Positions 36,837 to 45,032 of a stretch of 64,000 nucleotides of DNA are shown here, in pieces. Source of the DNA: a virus (Duplodnaviria; Heunggongvirae; Uroviricota; Caudoviricetes). The DNA lies in IMG/VR virus record IMGVR_UViG_3300049216_000317, positions 84,961 through 148,960 of that record, one strand, 5' to 3'. The position numbers and the translations under genes are program-made. Position 1 is the stretch's first letter, and each line of letters starts with the position of its first letter. The notes below the pieces were generated by a model. It was not told the origin of the DNA and made no database searches. It saw only the letters and a program-made list of their open reading frames with translations.

Positions 36837-38667
36837 CTTTTTTCGCTTTCTTCACAAAGCGAGTGCTCGATTTAATGCTTGTTGTTGTGTTTGGTTGTAA
36901 GAATGGCTTATCGGTTTTTCCCGTGCTGTCGATGTTATCGCCTCGGCCAACCGTCGATTGACTTTCAGAAACGCCAGGCAAAATCAAATTCGAGTTCGCA
37001 TCGGCATCGCGATAACGATAAGCATTTCCGTAATCCATTTGCGCATATTTCACGCCATTGATGTTTGAACTTGCTAAGATTCCAGAGCTTAAAGAAATAG
37101 TCGTGCGGAAAATTTTCTTTCCGTTAGAGATTTGGCAAGAATGTGTAATGGATTCGATGTGATAAACGACATTGTTAAATTGCAGGTTGTCGCCAACAGC
37201 AATAGGCTCCTGAATGCCGAACGTCATGACAGATCCATTTAGCTTAAGATGCCCGCCAATAACCGCATCTCCTACGATGCGTGCCCATTTCGGAGATTGA
37301 AAATTTGGGTTGTTGCCGTTTTGTTCGTCGAAAGTAGAATTAACCACCATTGGTCGAAGGCCAGATCTTTTTACATCATCGGCATCGTAAAGATAATTTC
37401 GGGCGGCAGTTTCTGCTACAATGTCGAAGCCAACATTGCCAATTGCGGATCTTCCAAAAATTTGCACAAAGTTGACCCGAGCAGCCTCGTCTCGTCCAAT
37501 ATCGAGATTCATAACCATTGCAGGGTCAAGGTTCCATCTCGGCAATGTCAAAAAACGAGTTACCGCAAATCCCCCAGCATCAAAATCCATATTCGTAAAA
37601 GGGGTTTGGCGCAAAATAACAGTGGGCATTACAAGGCCCGTTGGATCAATCCGAAAAGTCGTAAACATCTCATTCAAAGGAGCGTTAACAAATTGATTCA
37701 GAATCGACCAAAGTTTCACTTGATTCCAATATTCAGCTTTTTGAATAGCATTTCCCTGAATGTTCGTATCCATTGGGAAAAAGTTTGTGTCAGGATCTGA
37801 TGTCGCAATATTGCTCGGATTCATACCAGAAGGCATATCCGTACCTCCTGAATATTGTTGAATTCCGAATAAATAATTATAAATATCTTTTGCGGCGGTT
37901 ACATTTTGAGTCCCAAGAAGGTTACCAACACTTGTCGGAACTTGAAAAAGGGTGTTTGGCGTTTTAATATTGCCAACCTTATCATGAGATCCGGTATCAC
38001 TGAAGCCAGTTCCGATCATCATCTTAATCAAAGCATTGATAATGTCCTGAACGTTCGTGATGCCTTTGTCAGAAGCCAAACTCGCGAAGGCGCTTCCCAT
38101 ATTCGATGCGAAAAAAGCTACGTTCTGCGTATCTTCAACACTGATCATACATGGATTAAAATAGATCGTGTTGTTGAATTCGGTAAAAGCAAAACCCGTT
38201 ATTTTGAATGCAATATGCTTGTTGCCGTTGTCGGGATCTGTCATCAAAATTTGGCGAACACTTTGAACTTTAAAAATCCCTTTAAACCCGTCATCTTGAT
38301 TGTTGATTGCTTGCTGGTTGTGCGCGCGAATTGTAATGTCGCGCGCTTTGTCTGGCCAATTAACCATGTTCACAAAGCAAAAATCACCAGGAGCCACAGC
38401 AGTTAAATAGTTGATGTCTGTCATCAACAAAGTGGCGCTCATATTCGGCGTGAGAGTTCCTTTGTTCATGCTTGTCGTGACTTCAATACAATCGCTTTCA
38501 ACCACGAGAATATGATCACGAACAGAAGTAGACGTAATTCCATTCGTTGGCTTTGTGCGCAGCGTATCGCGCTCGGCCCAACGAATAAACGTCAAAACCC
38601 AGGTTGGAGACGATTGATGCTCATTCTGAGTCTTGCCGGATGTAGTAATGTCGTATTTATAGGCCAT
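36829..38667 (-). CDS. baseplate hub protein (gp27/gpD-like)
   Basis: Between tape measure and spike; LNGSVMTFG...IAVGDNL...YHIESITH end motif. Confidence 0.6.
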   Translation of the reverse strand: MAYKYDITTSGKTQNEHQSSPTWVLTFIRWAERDTLRTKPTNGITSTSVRDHILVVESDCIEVTTSMNKGTLTPNMSATLLMTDINYLTAVAPGDFCFVNMVNWPDKARDITIRAHNQQAINNQDDGFKGIFKVQSVRQILMTDPDNGNKHIAFKITGFAFTEFNNTIYFNPCMISVEDTQNVAFFASNMGSAFASLASDKGITNVQDIINALIKMMIGTGFSDTGSHDKVGNIKTPNTLFQVPTSVGNLLGTQNVTAAKDIYNYLFGIQQYSGGTDMPSGMNPSNIATSDPDTNFFPMDTNIQGNAIQKAEYWNQVKLWSILNQFVNAPLNEMFTTFRIDPTGLVMPTVILRQTPFTNMDFDAGGFAVTRFLTLPRWNLDPAMVMNLDIGRDEAARVNFVQIFGRSAIGNVGFDIVAETAARNYLYDADDVKRSGLRPMVVNSTFDEQNGNNPNFQSPKWARIVGDAVIGGHLKLNGSVMTFGIQEPIAVGDNLQFNNVVYHIESITHSCQISNGKKIFRTTISLSSGILASSNINGVKYAQMDYGNAYRYRDADANSNLILPGVSESQSTVGRGDNIDSTGKTDKPFLQPNTTTSIKSSTRFVKKAKKDE

Positions 38668-41141
38668 TATTCGCCATTACCTTTAGCGCCAGCTTGAGGC
38701 TGAGTTTGAGTTTTGTCCATAAGATTACCAAAACCAAAAGGACCAAGCATTTTATTGCGTTGTTCTTCTGGAAGTTTCATTGCTTCTACAACAACAAGCT
38801 TTAAAGCTTCATTAAAAGCCGCAACATCTTTTGCGCTTGTTACTAACTGCGAGCTAAGCTCTTGGAAGTTGTTCAGCACTAAACGAGAACCCTCCGCATT
38901 GGCTTGAGTCGTTGTGTCTTCAACGCGATTTGTTTCTTTGTTTTCTAAATTTTTAGCAACGCTAGTCGCAGAGGCACCTTCTTGGAAGAAATCTTCTGTT
39001 CCTCCAAATGCACCGGCAATTGTAGATCTCAATTTAACCTGATCTTTTGCAATTTCAGGCGACTCACGACCAAGATATAGCGAATATTCGTTTCCCGTTT
39101 TTCTGATTTGATCCGCAAGATTTTTTTTCTTCATCGGATCTTGTTCTTTTTGATATGCTTGAACTAAAGACCGACCTCTTTTTGTTACCTCATCCGCACC
39201 AGAAGTTTTATTTCTGCTGCTATCATTGGCCTTCTTCATTGAATCGACTACTGTTTTTGGATCAAGACCATATTTGTCAGCAATACCTTGGACGATAGGA
39301 TTGTCCGAGGTTAGCTGATTGTCTGGAACATCCATGAGAGACGCCTTGTCCGGCGCGCTAACTTTTCCTAAATTCGGATCTTTCATCATGGCAGAAAAAC
39401 GCATGACTCCGCGAGGACCGCTCGTCTGAGATCCGAGATCTGAGTAGGCTTGAAAAGCCGACTGAGCGGCGCCAATACCTGCGGTTGTTTTGTCATCTAC
39501 GAATCCGCCGAAACGCTTCGTCATATCAGAAATGTCGCTTGCGTTTTGTGATCCAGACCCCGCCACAACACCAGCAGCTGCGTCTAGGAACTTGCGATTC
39601 TCTTCAGCAAACTGAGACGAATCCAGGCCGCGGCGATTACCTTCAGCAATCATATCAATGAAGGCCTTTTTTGAGGCTTCGGAATCGCCCAAGGTACTTG
39701 AAATTTTACCCAATACATTGGCGGAGTTTGTGACTCCATAGGCGCGCTGAGCTTGGAGACCTAAAACTGAATTTTGAGCCATCCGCGTTGAGCCGCCAGC
39801 GGCCAAAATTCCTGAAGACTCATTCATGGCTTGTGTGTCCATGAAGCCCGCATTAATCGAGCGTTCACGAAATCCGTTCAGACCATGGAAAGAATTGTAG
39901 TCGAGACCTGTAGAACGTTGAAAATCAAGGTTGCGCGAATAGTTTTGGTTATATTCTTCCGCTGCCGGACTTTTAAATGGGTTTTCATTTTTCTTACCTT
40001 CAAGAGCGGCCTGATAGCTTTCGGTAAACTGTTTTGCTAAATCGGCATTACGTGCTGCTCTTGCTGTTTCCGAAAGGGGACTCATAGTGACGTTTTTGTC
40101 GGCACTCATGAAACCATGAGCTAATCCGCCCACTCCACCCACAACTGCGCCGCCAATTCCACCAATCACCGCTGAGGGGATAGCCATGGTGCCCAAAGTC
40201 GCAGTACCGCCAACCAGTCCACCAATTTGCGCGCCCGCAAGACCCATTGCGCCTGCGCCAACGGCTCCGCTTCTCAGCATATTCCCGGCAACATCGGTCC
40301 ATTGAGTGTCATGGATCGCATTCATGTTTTTCATTGCCATTTTAGCGGCAGCGGCTTTTTCCGGCAAAAACGCCATCTCCAATGCCGTTCGACCGTTGTA
40401 AGCGTTATTTACTTCTTTGCCAAAAGTCCCGCTAATAGCCGAACCCATGTTTGCAGTTGCTTCGATTGGAGCACGAGCAAAATAACGATAGAGATCGCCG
40501 CCAGCCAATAGCCCGGTGCCAGCGGCTCCAGCGACAGCGGTGGCTGCACCAATTCCGACACCAACTTTGGTGCCCATGCTTTGCTCGTTCCAAATCGCTT
40601 TACCTTCGTTGACACCGCCGCGCCAGCCGCCGTTTTTGATCGCATCGTACATGCGCTCACCCGGTTTTGGAGCCATCTTTTGACGAAGATCGGCCATTTC
40701 TCCTAAAGCTTGGTCGCGCTGACGATAGCTATCAAGATTTCTAGCGTTGTTCTCTCTTACTTTTGCAATTTCTTTTTGAAGCGCAAGTTCTTCGGCGGTC
40801 CCTTTAACTAAGCTTTTTTGACGCTCAACCATTCCTTTGAGCTTTTCATCACGCTCAACGATTTGTTTGACGAGCCCCTGTTGAGCCTTAAACTCACTCG
40901 CCATTTGTTGGTCGAGTTCGCGGCGGACCTGCTGAGTTTGCGCTTTATATTGCGCCTGTGCGGCGGGACTACTGCCTCCCGCACCAATACCCATTGGTCC
41001 CAAACGTTGTTGCATTTGCTGTTGAGCCAAAACTGCGTTACTCGGACTATAAATGTCCTTAAGCTTCCGTTGCATGTCGCCAATGGACTTGTCGAAATCC
41101 TCGAAGTTAAGCTTAGCTGCAATTTGGAATTCTTTTTTCAT
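38667..41141 (-). CDS. tape measure protein (824 aa)
   Basis: Helical Ala/Gly/Gln-rich, with an N-terminal coiled coil and central hydrophobic Gly-rich segments; position upstream of the hub. Confidence 0.75.
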   Translation of the reverse strand: MKKEFQIAAKLNFEDFDKSIGDMQRKLKDIYSPSNAVLAQQQMQQRLGPMGIGAGGSSPAAQAQYKAQTQQVRRELDQQMASEFKAQQGLVKQIVERDEKLKGMVERQKSLVKGTAEELALQKEIAKVRENNARNLDSYRQRDQALGEMADLRQKMAPKPGERMYDAIKNGGWRGGVNEGKAIWNEQSMGTKVGVGIGAATAVAGAAGTGLLAGGDLYRYFARAPIEATANMGSAISGTFGKEVNNAYNGRTALEMAFLPEKAAAAKMAMKNMNAIHDTQWTDVAGNMLRSGAVGAGAMGLAGAQIGGLVGGTATLGTMAIPSAVIGGIGGAVVGGVGGLAHGFMSADKNVTMSPLSETARAARNADLAKQFTESYQAALEGKKNENPFKSPAAEEYNQNYSRNLDFQRSTGLDYNSFHGLNGFRERSINAGFMDTQAMNESSGILAAGGSTRMAQNSVLGLQAQRAYGVTNSANVLGKISSTLGDSEASKKAFIDMIAEGNRRGLDSSQFAEENRKFLDAAAGVVAGSGSQNASDISDMTKRFGGFVDDKTTAGIGAAQSAFQAYSDLGSQTSGPRGVMRFSAMMKDPNLGKVSAPDKASLMDVPDNQLTSDNPIVQGIADKYGLDPKTVVDSMKKANDSSRNKTSGADEVTKRGRSLVQAYQKEQDPMKKKNLADQIRKTGNEYSLYLGRESPEIAKDQVKLRSTIAGAFGGTEDFFQEGASATSVAKNLENKETNRVEDTTTQANAEGSRLVLNNFQELSSQLVTSAKDVAAFNEALKLVVVEAMKLPEEQRNKMLGPFGFGNLMDKTQTQPQAGAKGNGE

Positions 41142-41193
41142 TTCAACGCCTTAGATAATAAAAGGGACTATAGAGAAACGCCCCTCTCTACTT

Positions 41194-41199
41194 AAGATT
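41194..41199 (-). promoter_or_regulatory. putative late promoter motif AATCTT
   Basis: GCAATCTTAAG, 52 nt upstream of the tape measure ATG. Confidence 0.5.
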
Positions 41200-41207
41200 G
41201 CAGTTTT

Positions 41208-41318
41208 CTAGGTCAGGCTGAAATGAACGAACAGGCTGATTACAAAAAGAGCCCAAATGACTTTTTCCTGGGTCCAAAGCGCTAAAATTAAAAGCAAAAG
41301 GGAAAGTGATATGGTCAT
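41208..41318 (-). CDS. 36-aa hydrophobic membrane peptide (not in ORF track)
   Basis: MTISLSLLLLILALWTQEKVIWALFVISLFVHFSLT; ATG overlaps the upstream TGA. Confidence 0.5.
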   Translation of the reverse strand: MTISLSLLLLILALWTQEKVIWALFVISLFVHFSLT

Positions 41319-41539
41319 TCTGAGTCCTTTTCTGGGTGGGTTGAATCCCACCACCGTTGATCGGCTTCTGGGTCCGATTCAGTCAGTGGAACGTCGTGAT
41401 CGAGGATTTTTTCGGAAAGCTTTAGAAGGTGATCAACCGCGCGCGCGGAAGGCTTGGCCTGTAGCTTTTCGCCAATTTCCAGCATCGCGTCCTTAGACGT
41501 GATCTTCTTGGCCTTCCACCTTTTACAAATATCGCACAC
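41315..41539 (-). CDS. hypothetical protein
   Basis: AGGAG RBS; 74 aa. Confidence 0.6.
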   Translation of the reverse strand: MCDICKRWKAKKITSKDAMLEIGEKLQAKPSARAVDHLLKLSEKILDHDVPLTESDPEADQRWWDSTHPEKDSE

Positions 41540-41593
41540 ATTTACTCCTAATAGCTTATTGTCAATTTTGTATTTAATTTTGTCTAGTAGTTT

Positions 41594-42265
41594 TTAGTCT
41601 GGGGCATCTTCCATGAAGTCTAGTAATTCCATGTTTTCGCTTAAGATTTCCAAAAGTTGTTCGTTTTGCTCGCGAATCATCTGCGCAGTCTTTTTGCGGC
41701 GCTTCTTTCTTGGTCCAGAATTGTCGATTTTTGACTTCGCCTTGTGGCATAAAAAACAAATGCATTGATGGTTGGCGGGGTCCAGCGCCAAGCCACCGCG
41801 AGCGATTGCCGTGATGTGATCCACTTCCAGTCTATGATCAGGATCGTGCGCCGCCATATGACGTTTAAGCTGTTTTACGATCCAGTAAGTGTATTGTGCC
41901 CTGAATTTTGTCGTGTCGACACCGGCAAGGCCATAAGGTGGTTTGGGCCGAGAAATCAGATCCTCGACGACTGCGCCCCAATCAAAAAGGCAGACATTGC
42001 AGCGGTAACCTTGGCGGATCAGAAGCTGGCCAAGGTTTTCTTCCTGTTGGGGATACGCCCAAGCCATTGCCGCACTTGAGCATTCGTTTGAGCACCACTT
42101 TCGCTGCTTATTGCTAAATTCTACGTCGCCGCACCATGCACAAAAGCGTTTCCCATCGCGTTGGATGGCAGAAATGCCTCCTAAAGCGTAGGAGCGTTCA
42201 CGATACGATTTGGTCAACGTTAATATCTTGGGATTTTTGCATTCCTTCACATAAGGCTTTATCAT
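41594..42265 (-). CDS. HNH endonuclease with Zn fingers
   Basis: CAWC, WCSNEC and CNVC, then LEVDHITAIARGG...NHQCICFLCH. Start codon uncertain. Confidence 0.85.
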   Translation of the reverse strand: MIKPYVKECKNPKILTLTKSYRERSYALGGISAIQRDGKRFCAWCGDVEFSNKQRKWCSNECSSAAMAWAYPQQEENLGQLLIRQGYRCNVCLFDWGAVVEDLISRPKPPYGLAGVDTTKFRAQYTYWIVKQLKRHMAAHDPDHRLEVDHITAIARGGLALDPANHQCICFLCHKAKSKIDNSGPRKKRRKKTAQMIREQNEQLLEILSENMELLDFMEDAPD

Positions 42266-42286
42266 GGCGAGCCAATCTTGAGGGAT

Positions 42287-42634
42287 ATGGCCAGTCAAAC
42301 AGCAGCCCAAGCAAACGCAGCATCGATGTCAGGGCAAAGCCTTGAACAATCAACGCTAAATCAGGTATTTTACGATTCCGTAGATATGATGATTGCGAAT
42401 GCAGCCGAACTTGGCGCATTTAATGTGGTCGTTACGACTTTTGATGGCGCCGACAACCAAACCCTAGTTAACTATTACGTTGGTCTAGGGTATTCTGTGA
42501 GCCTTTTGGACGTAAATTTCATTGAACCCATGGTCTACAACGACCCATTCTGGATCAATTGGGTTCAGTACAGTTACGGCTGGCCGGGCTTTAATGCTAA
42601 AAAAGCCCTTCGCTTAAATATTTCCTGGCGCTAG
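42287..42634 (+). CDS. hypothetical protein, lone + strand gene
   Basis: GAGGG RBS; AATCTT at 42274-42279. Confidence 0.6.
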   Translation: MASQTAAQANAASMSGQSLEQSTLNQVFYDSVDMMIANAAELGAFNVVVTTFDGADNQTLVNYYVGLGYSVSLLDVNFIEPMVYNDPFWINWVQYSYGWPGFNAKKALRLNISWR

Positions 42635-42794
42635 GGTCGCAGGCCCTGCACCAATGCGGAAGTACATGCCAAGTCATCGTCTTTTCGTCTAAAATCTTCT
42701 GAACGTACCAAGTCTTAAAGCAATTTAAACAAGTAAATTCTGAATATGGATACTTCGTTACTTTAAACGAGGTCGCATAATTCGTTTCATTCAT
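42597..42794 (-). CDS. small Zn-ribbon protein
   Basis: CLNC...CRAC; coupled start. Confidence 0.55.
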   Translation of the reverse strand: MNETNYATSFKVTKYPYSEFTCLNCFKTWYVQKILDEKTMTWHVLPHWCRACDPSARKYLSEGLF

Positions 42795-43267
42795 GTGACC
42801 GCTTCTAAGCGCTTTTGAATCGCCTCAAGAAACGAATCAAATGTTTCGTGAACCTTAACGCCATACCTTTGAGCAACTATATCCACGTTGCCCTTGCGCC
42901 AAAAGCCATCCGGACAGCAAAGAATCAAGTTATGCGGTTTTTGTTCTGCGCGAATGCCCAATTCCAGAAGAGAAATTGGCGACATTGTTCCTGGCTGCAA
43001 GTACATCGCGACGATGCTTGCCCTTTTGAGCGCATTTAGCTCCCAGGTGACCTGCTGATGGAACTGTGGGTTGCTAATCTTCTGTTCCCACGAAGAATCC
43101 CAATCATCACGACGCGGATTTAAAATCACGCCCGAATAACGGTCCAATTCCTTTGCAATTCTATCCTGCCAAAGCTCGGCCTTCCCCATTTCAATACTTC
43201 CTGCAAGGAAAATGGACGGTCCATAGCCCGTGACTTCAACTTTGTTCGGTGCCTTGATGACTTTCAC
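42791..43267 (-). CDS. nucleoside 2-deoxyribosyltransferase-like protein
   Basis: IFLAGSI...WQ...NPRRDDWD...QVTWEL...SPISLLELG. Confidence 0.8.
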   Translation of the reverse strand: MKVIKAPNKVEVTGYGPSIFLAGSIEMGKAELWQDRIAKELDRYSGVILNPRRDDWDSSWEQKISNPQFHQQVTWELNALKRASIVAMYLQPGTMSPISLLELGIRAEQKPHNLILCCPDGFWRKGNVDIVAQRYGVKVHETFDSFLEAIQKRLEAVT

Positions 43268-43599
43268 TGCTCTTTTCCCTTCGATGATAAAATAGCTTGG
43301 CGATGCATTTCAAAAATTTCAGAAGTGATGGTTTTTAAATTGGGATCAAGGCCAGGGAGCTTCGAAATGTGATGAGCCATCATGCACCAAAGGGAGAATA
43401 ACCTGTTCGGCGGGATTTCAAAACCAGTCTTGCCCTCCAAGGAAAGCACGAGATGAGACATCGGGCCTTTGCCAAATTCACCCATTACAGACATCAATAA
43501 AATGCTGTCTGCGCCGCCAAAACCACCGTTTTCTAAATCTTCTTTGGTGAACTCGCCGGGCTCAATATTATATTTGATCGGATATTTATGTTCGCTCAT
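43264..43599 (-). CDS. hypothetical protein
   Basis: Coupled 111-aa ORF. Confidence 0.6.
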   Translation of the reverse strand: MSEHKYPIKYNIEPGEFTKEDLENGGFGGADSILLMSVMGEFGKGPMSHLVLSLEGKTGFEIPPNRLFSLWCMMAHHISKLPGLDPNLKTITSEIFEMHRQAILSSKGKEQ

Positions 43600-43787
43600 T
43601 CGCGTTCCTCATATTTTCGCCCCGCAGCTTGATAAAGCTCTTCCGCTTCTTCGATAGTGTCGCAATCATTGTTCTCAAAAATCTCGATGATCTTTTTTGC
43701 GACTTTCTTTTGGTCTTTTTTAGGAATAGATTTTTTTACCGCATCCCATATGCTTTCAGCGATTTCAGATCCGCTGGCCCACCCCAT
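43596..43787 (-). CDS. hypothetical protein
   Basis: MGWASGS small phage-type ORF with GGGG RBS. Confidence 0.6.
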   Translation of the reverse strand: MGWASGSEIAESIWDAVKKSIPKKDQKKVAKKIIEIFENNDCDTIEEAEELYQAAGRKYEERE

Positions 43788-43806
43788 TTAGCCCCCTTTT
43801 TAGGCA

Positions 43807-44352
43807 TCATGCGCTAAGGGGGTTGCCCCAATCAACCATTTTGTTCTTCAAACTTGCTTGGTTCTCGTGGAATTCAACGTAAATCATCGTATTAGCTATG
43901 CTACGGTGGCCGAGAGTGTATTTCACCAAGCGAATATCCTTGGTCTTCTCATATAATTTTTGGGCAAAAGTATGGCGCAAAGAGTGGGTCTTCTTTTTGA
44001 CCGGACGATAGAGATTCCAAATCTGATTTAAACGTTTATAAGAGATGTTGAATGGTCGACCGGACTCGCGTGGGAGTGCCATAATTCGTTCAAAAAGCCA
44101 TTTAGGGATCGGGATGTTACGATCATCCGAACCCTTGATGCCCGTGATGTGAACGGTGCTCGTATCCGCATCGAAATCTTCCCATTTAACCAGGATCGCT
44201 TCCGTGCAGCGCGCGCCAGTCTGGGCCAAAAACCAAATCAGCGTCGTATCGCGAGGATTCTCTTTATGATATTTGGTCAGAGTTTCTTGCAACTGATCGC
44301 ATTCGCGATCCGAGAGAAATTTCTTAATCGACAGAGCATACCGTTTACTCAT
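43807..44352 (-). CDS. minimal tyrosine recombinase (catalytic domain only)
   Basis: TGAR, IKG, HSLRH, LGH and TMIY: all catalytic residues in 181 aa. Confidence 0.9.
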   Translation of the reverse strand: MSKRYALSIKKFLSDRECDQLQETLTKYHKENPRDTTLIWFLAQTGARCTEAILVKWEDFDADTSTVHITGIKGSDDRNIPIPKWLFERIMALPRESGRPFNISYKRLNQIWNLYRPVKKKTHSLRHTFAQKLYEKTKDIRLVKYTLGHRSIANTMIYVEFHENQASLKNKMVDWGNPLSA

Positions 44353-44501
44353 TGAACTAACCTTTCGACTTCATTGAAATAAAAAATCTGCGTCGTGCCG
44401 TCGTCATGAATTCCAAGTACCGTCTCGGTAAGGTAATCGAAATCCAGGACGGTCCAGCCAACGACATTTCTGCCGATGAACCGATCCCCTGCTTGCCACA
44501 T
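44349..44501 (-). CDS. hypothetical protein (50 aa, not in ORF track)
   Basis: GGAGG RBS; MWQAGDRFIG...; its TGA overlaps the recombinase ATG. Confidence 0.55.
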   Translation of the reverse strand: MWQAGDRFIGRNVVGWTVLDFDYLTETVLGIHDDGTTQIFYFNEVERLVQ

Positions 44502-44635
44502 TTATTGACCTCCAGCGTTAAATTAGATGTTACGTGGTAAAATCTGTAACTTCTAGGGTCGGTCTCAAAATAGTGTGCTTTTACTGTAAAAAGTGCGTGG
44601 TCGTCTCGAAAAGATACGATATACCTTTAGTAGAT

Positions 44636-44723
44636 AGAAGGTTGGGTGAGTGGTTGAAACCACCAGTCTTGAAAACTGGCGAACCGCAAGGTTCCGTGGG
44701 TTCGAATCCCACACCTTCTGCCA
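44636..44723 (+). tRNA. tRNA-Ser(TGA)
   Basis: AGAAGGT/ACCTTCT acceptor, CT-TGA-AA loop, long variable arm, encoded CCA. Confidence 0.95.
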
Positions 44724-44771
44724 ATTGATTGATACAAACTAATCTTAAAGTATCAGTTAATTGTAGTTTGT

Positions 44772-44847
44772 TGCGGGGTAGAGCAGTTGGTAGCTCGCTT
44801 GGCTCATAACCAAGAGGTCGCCGGTTCAAGTCCGGCCCCCGCTACCA
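44772..44847 (+). tRNA. tRNA-Met(CAT), initiator-like
   Basis: CT-CAT-AA loop, 1:72 mismatch, A11-T24, CCA. Confidence 0.9.
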
Positions 44848-44854
44848 GTTTTCT

Positions 44855-44930
44855 GGGGGTGTAGCTCAGTTGGGAGAGCGCCAGCTTTGCAAGCTGGATG
44901 TCGCAGGTTCGATCCCTGTCACCTCCACCA
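44855..44930 (+). tRNA. tRNA-Ala(TGC)
   Basis: G3:T70 pair, TT-TGC-AA loop, CCA. Confidence 0.95.
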
Positions 44931-44954
44931 CTTTTGTTCTTTGAAATTAGATTT

Positions 44955-45029
44955 TCGCGGGTAGATCAAAGTAGATCGCGGCACCATTACATAGCCGAGA
45001 TGAAGAGTAGCGTCCTTCCCCGCGAACCA
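44955..45029 (+). ncRNA. non-canonical tRNA-like RNA
   Basis: TCGCGGG/CCCGCGA acceptor plus A-CCA; GATC/GATC D stem; CGGC/GCCG closing an 11-nt loop; GAAG/CTTC T stem with non-TTC loop. Confidence 0.8.
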
Positions 45030-45032
45030 TTT

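Noticed and set aside
5573-41141. Many 60-180 aa antisense or alternate-frame ORFs in the track (e.g. 7043-7495, 33141-33581, 37249-37800)
   Set aside because: They shadow long, well-supported genes and have no RBS or recognisable motifs.
44955-45029. Calling the atypical RNA a true tRNA-Pyl or tRNA-Sec
   Set aside because: No CUA or UCA anticodon, no G1-C72/G73, two-base 8-9 linker, no long variable arm, and no pyl or sel genes in the window.
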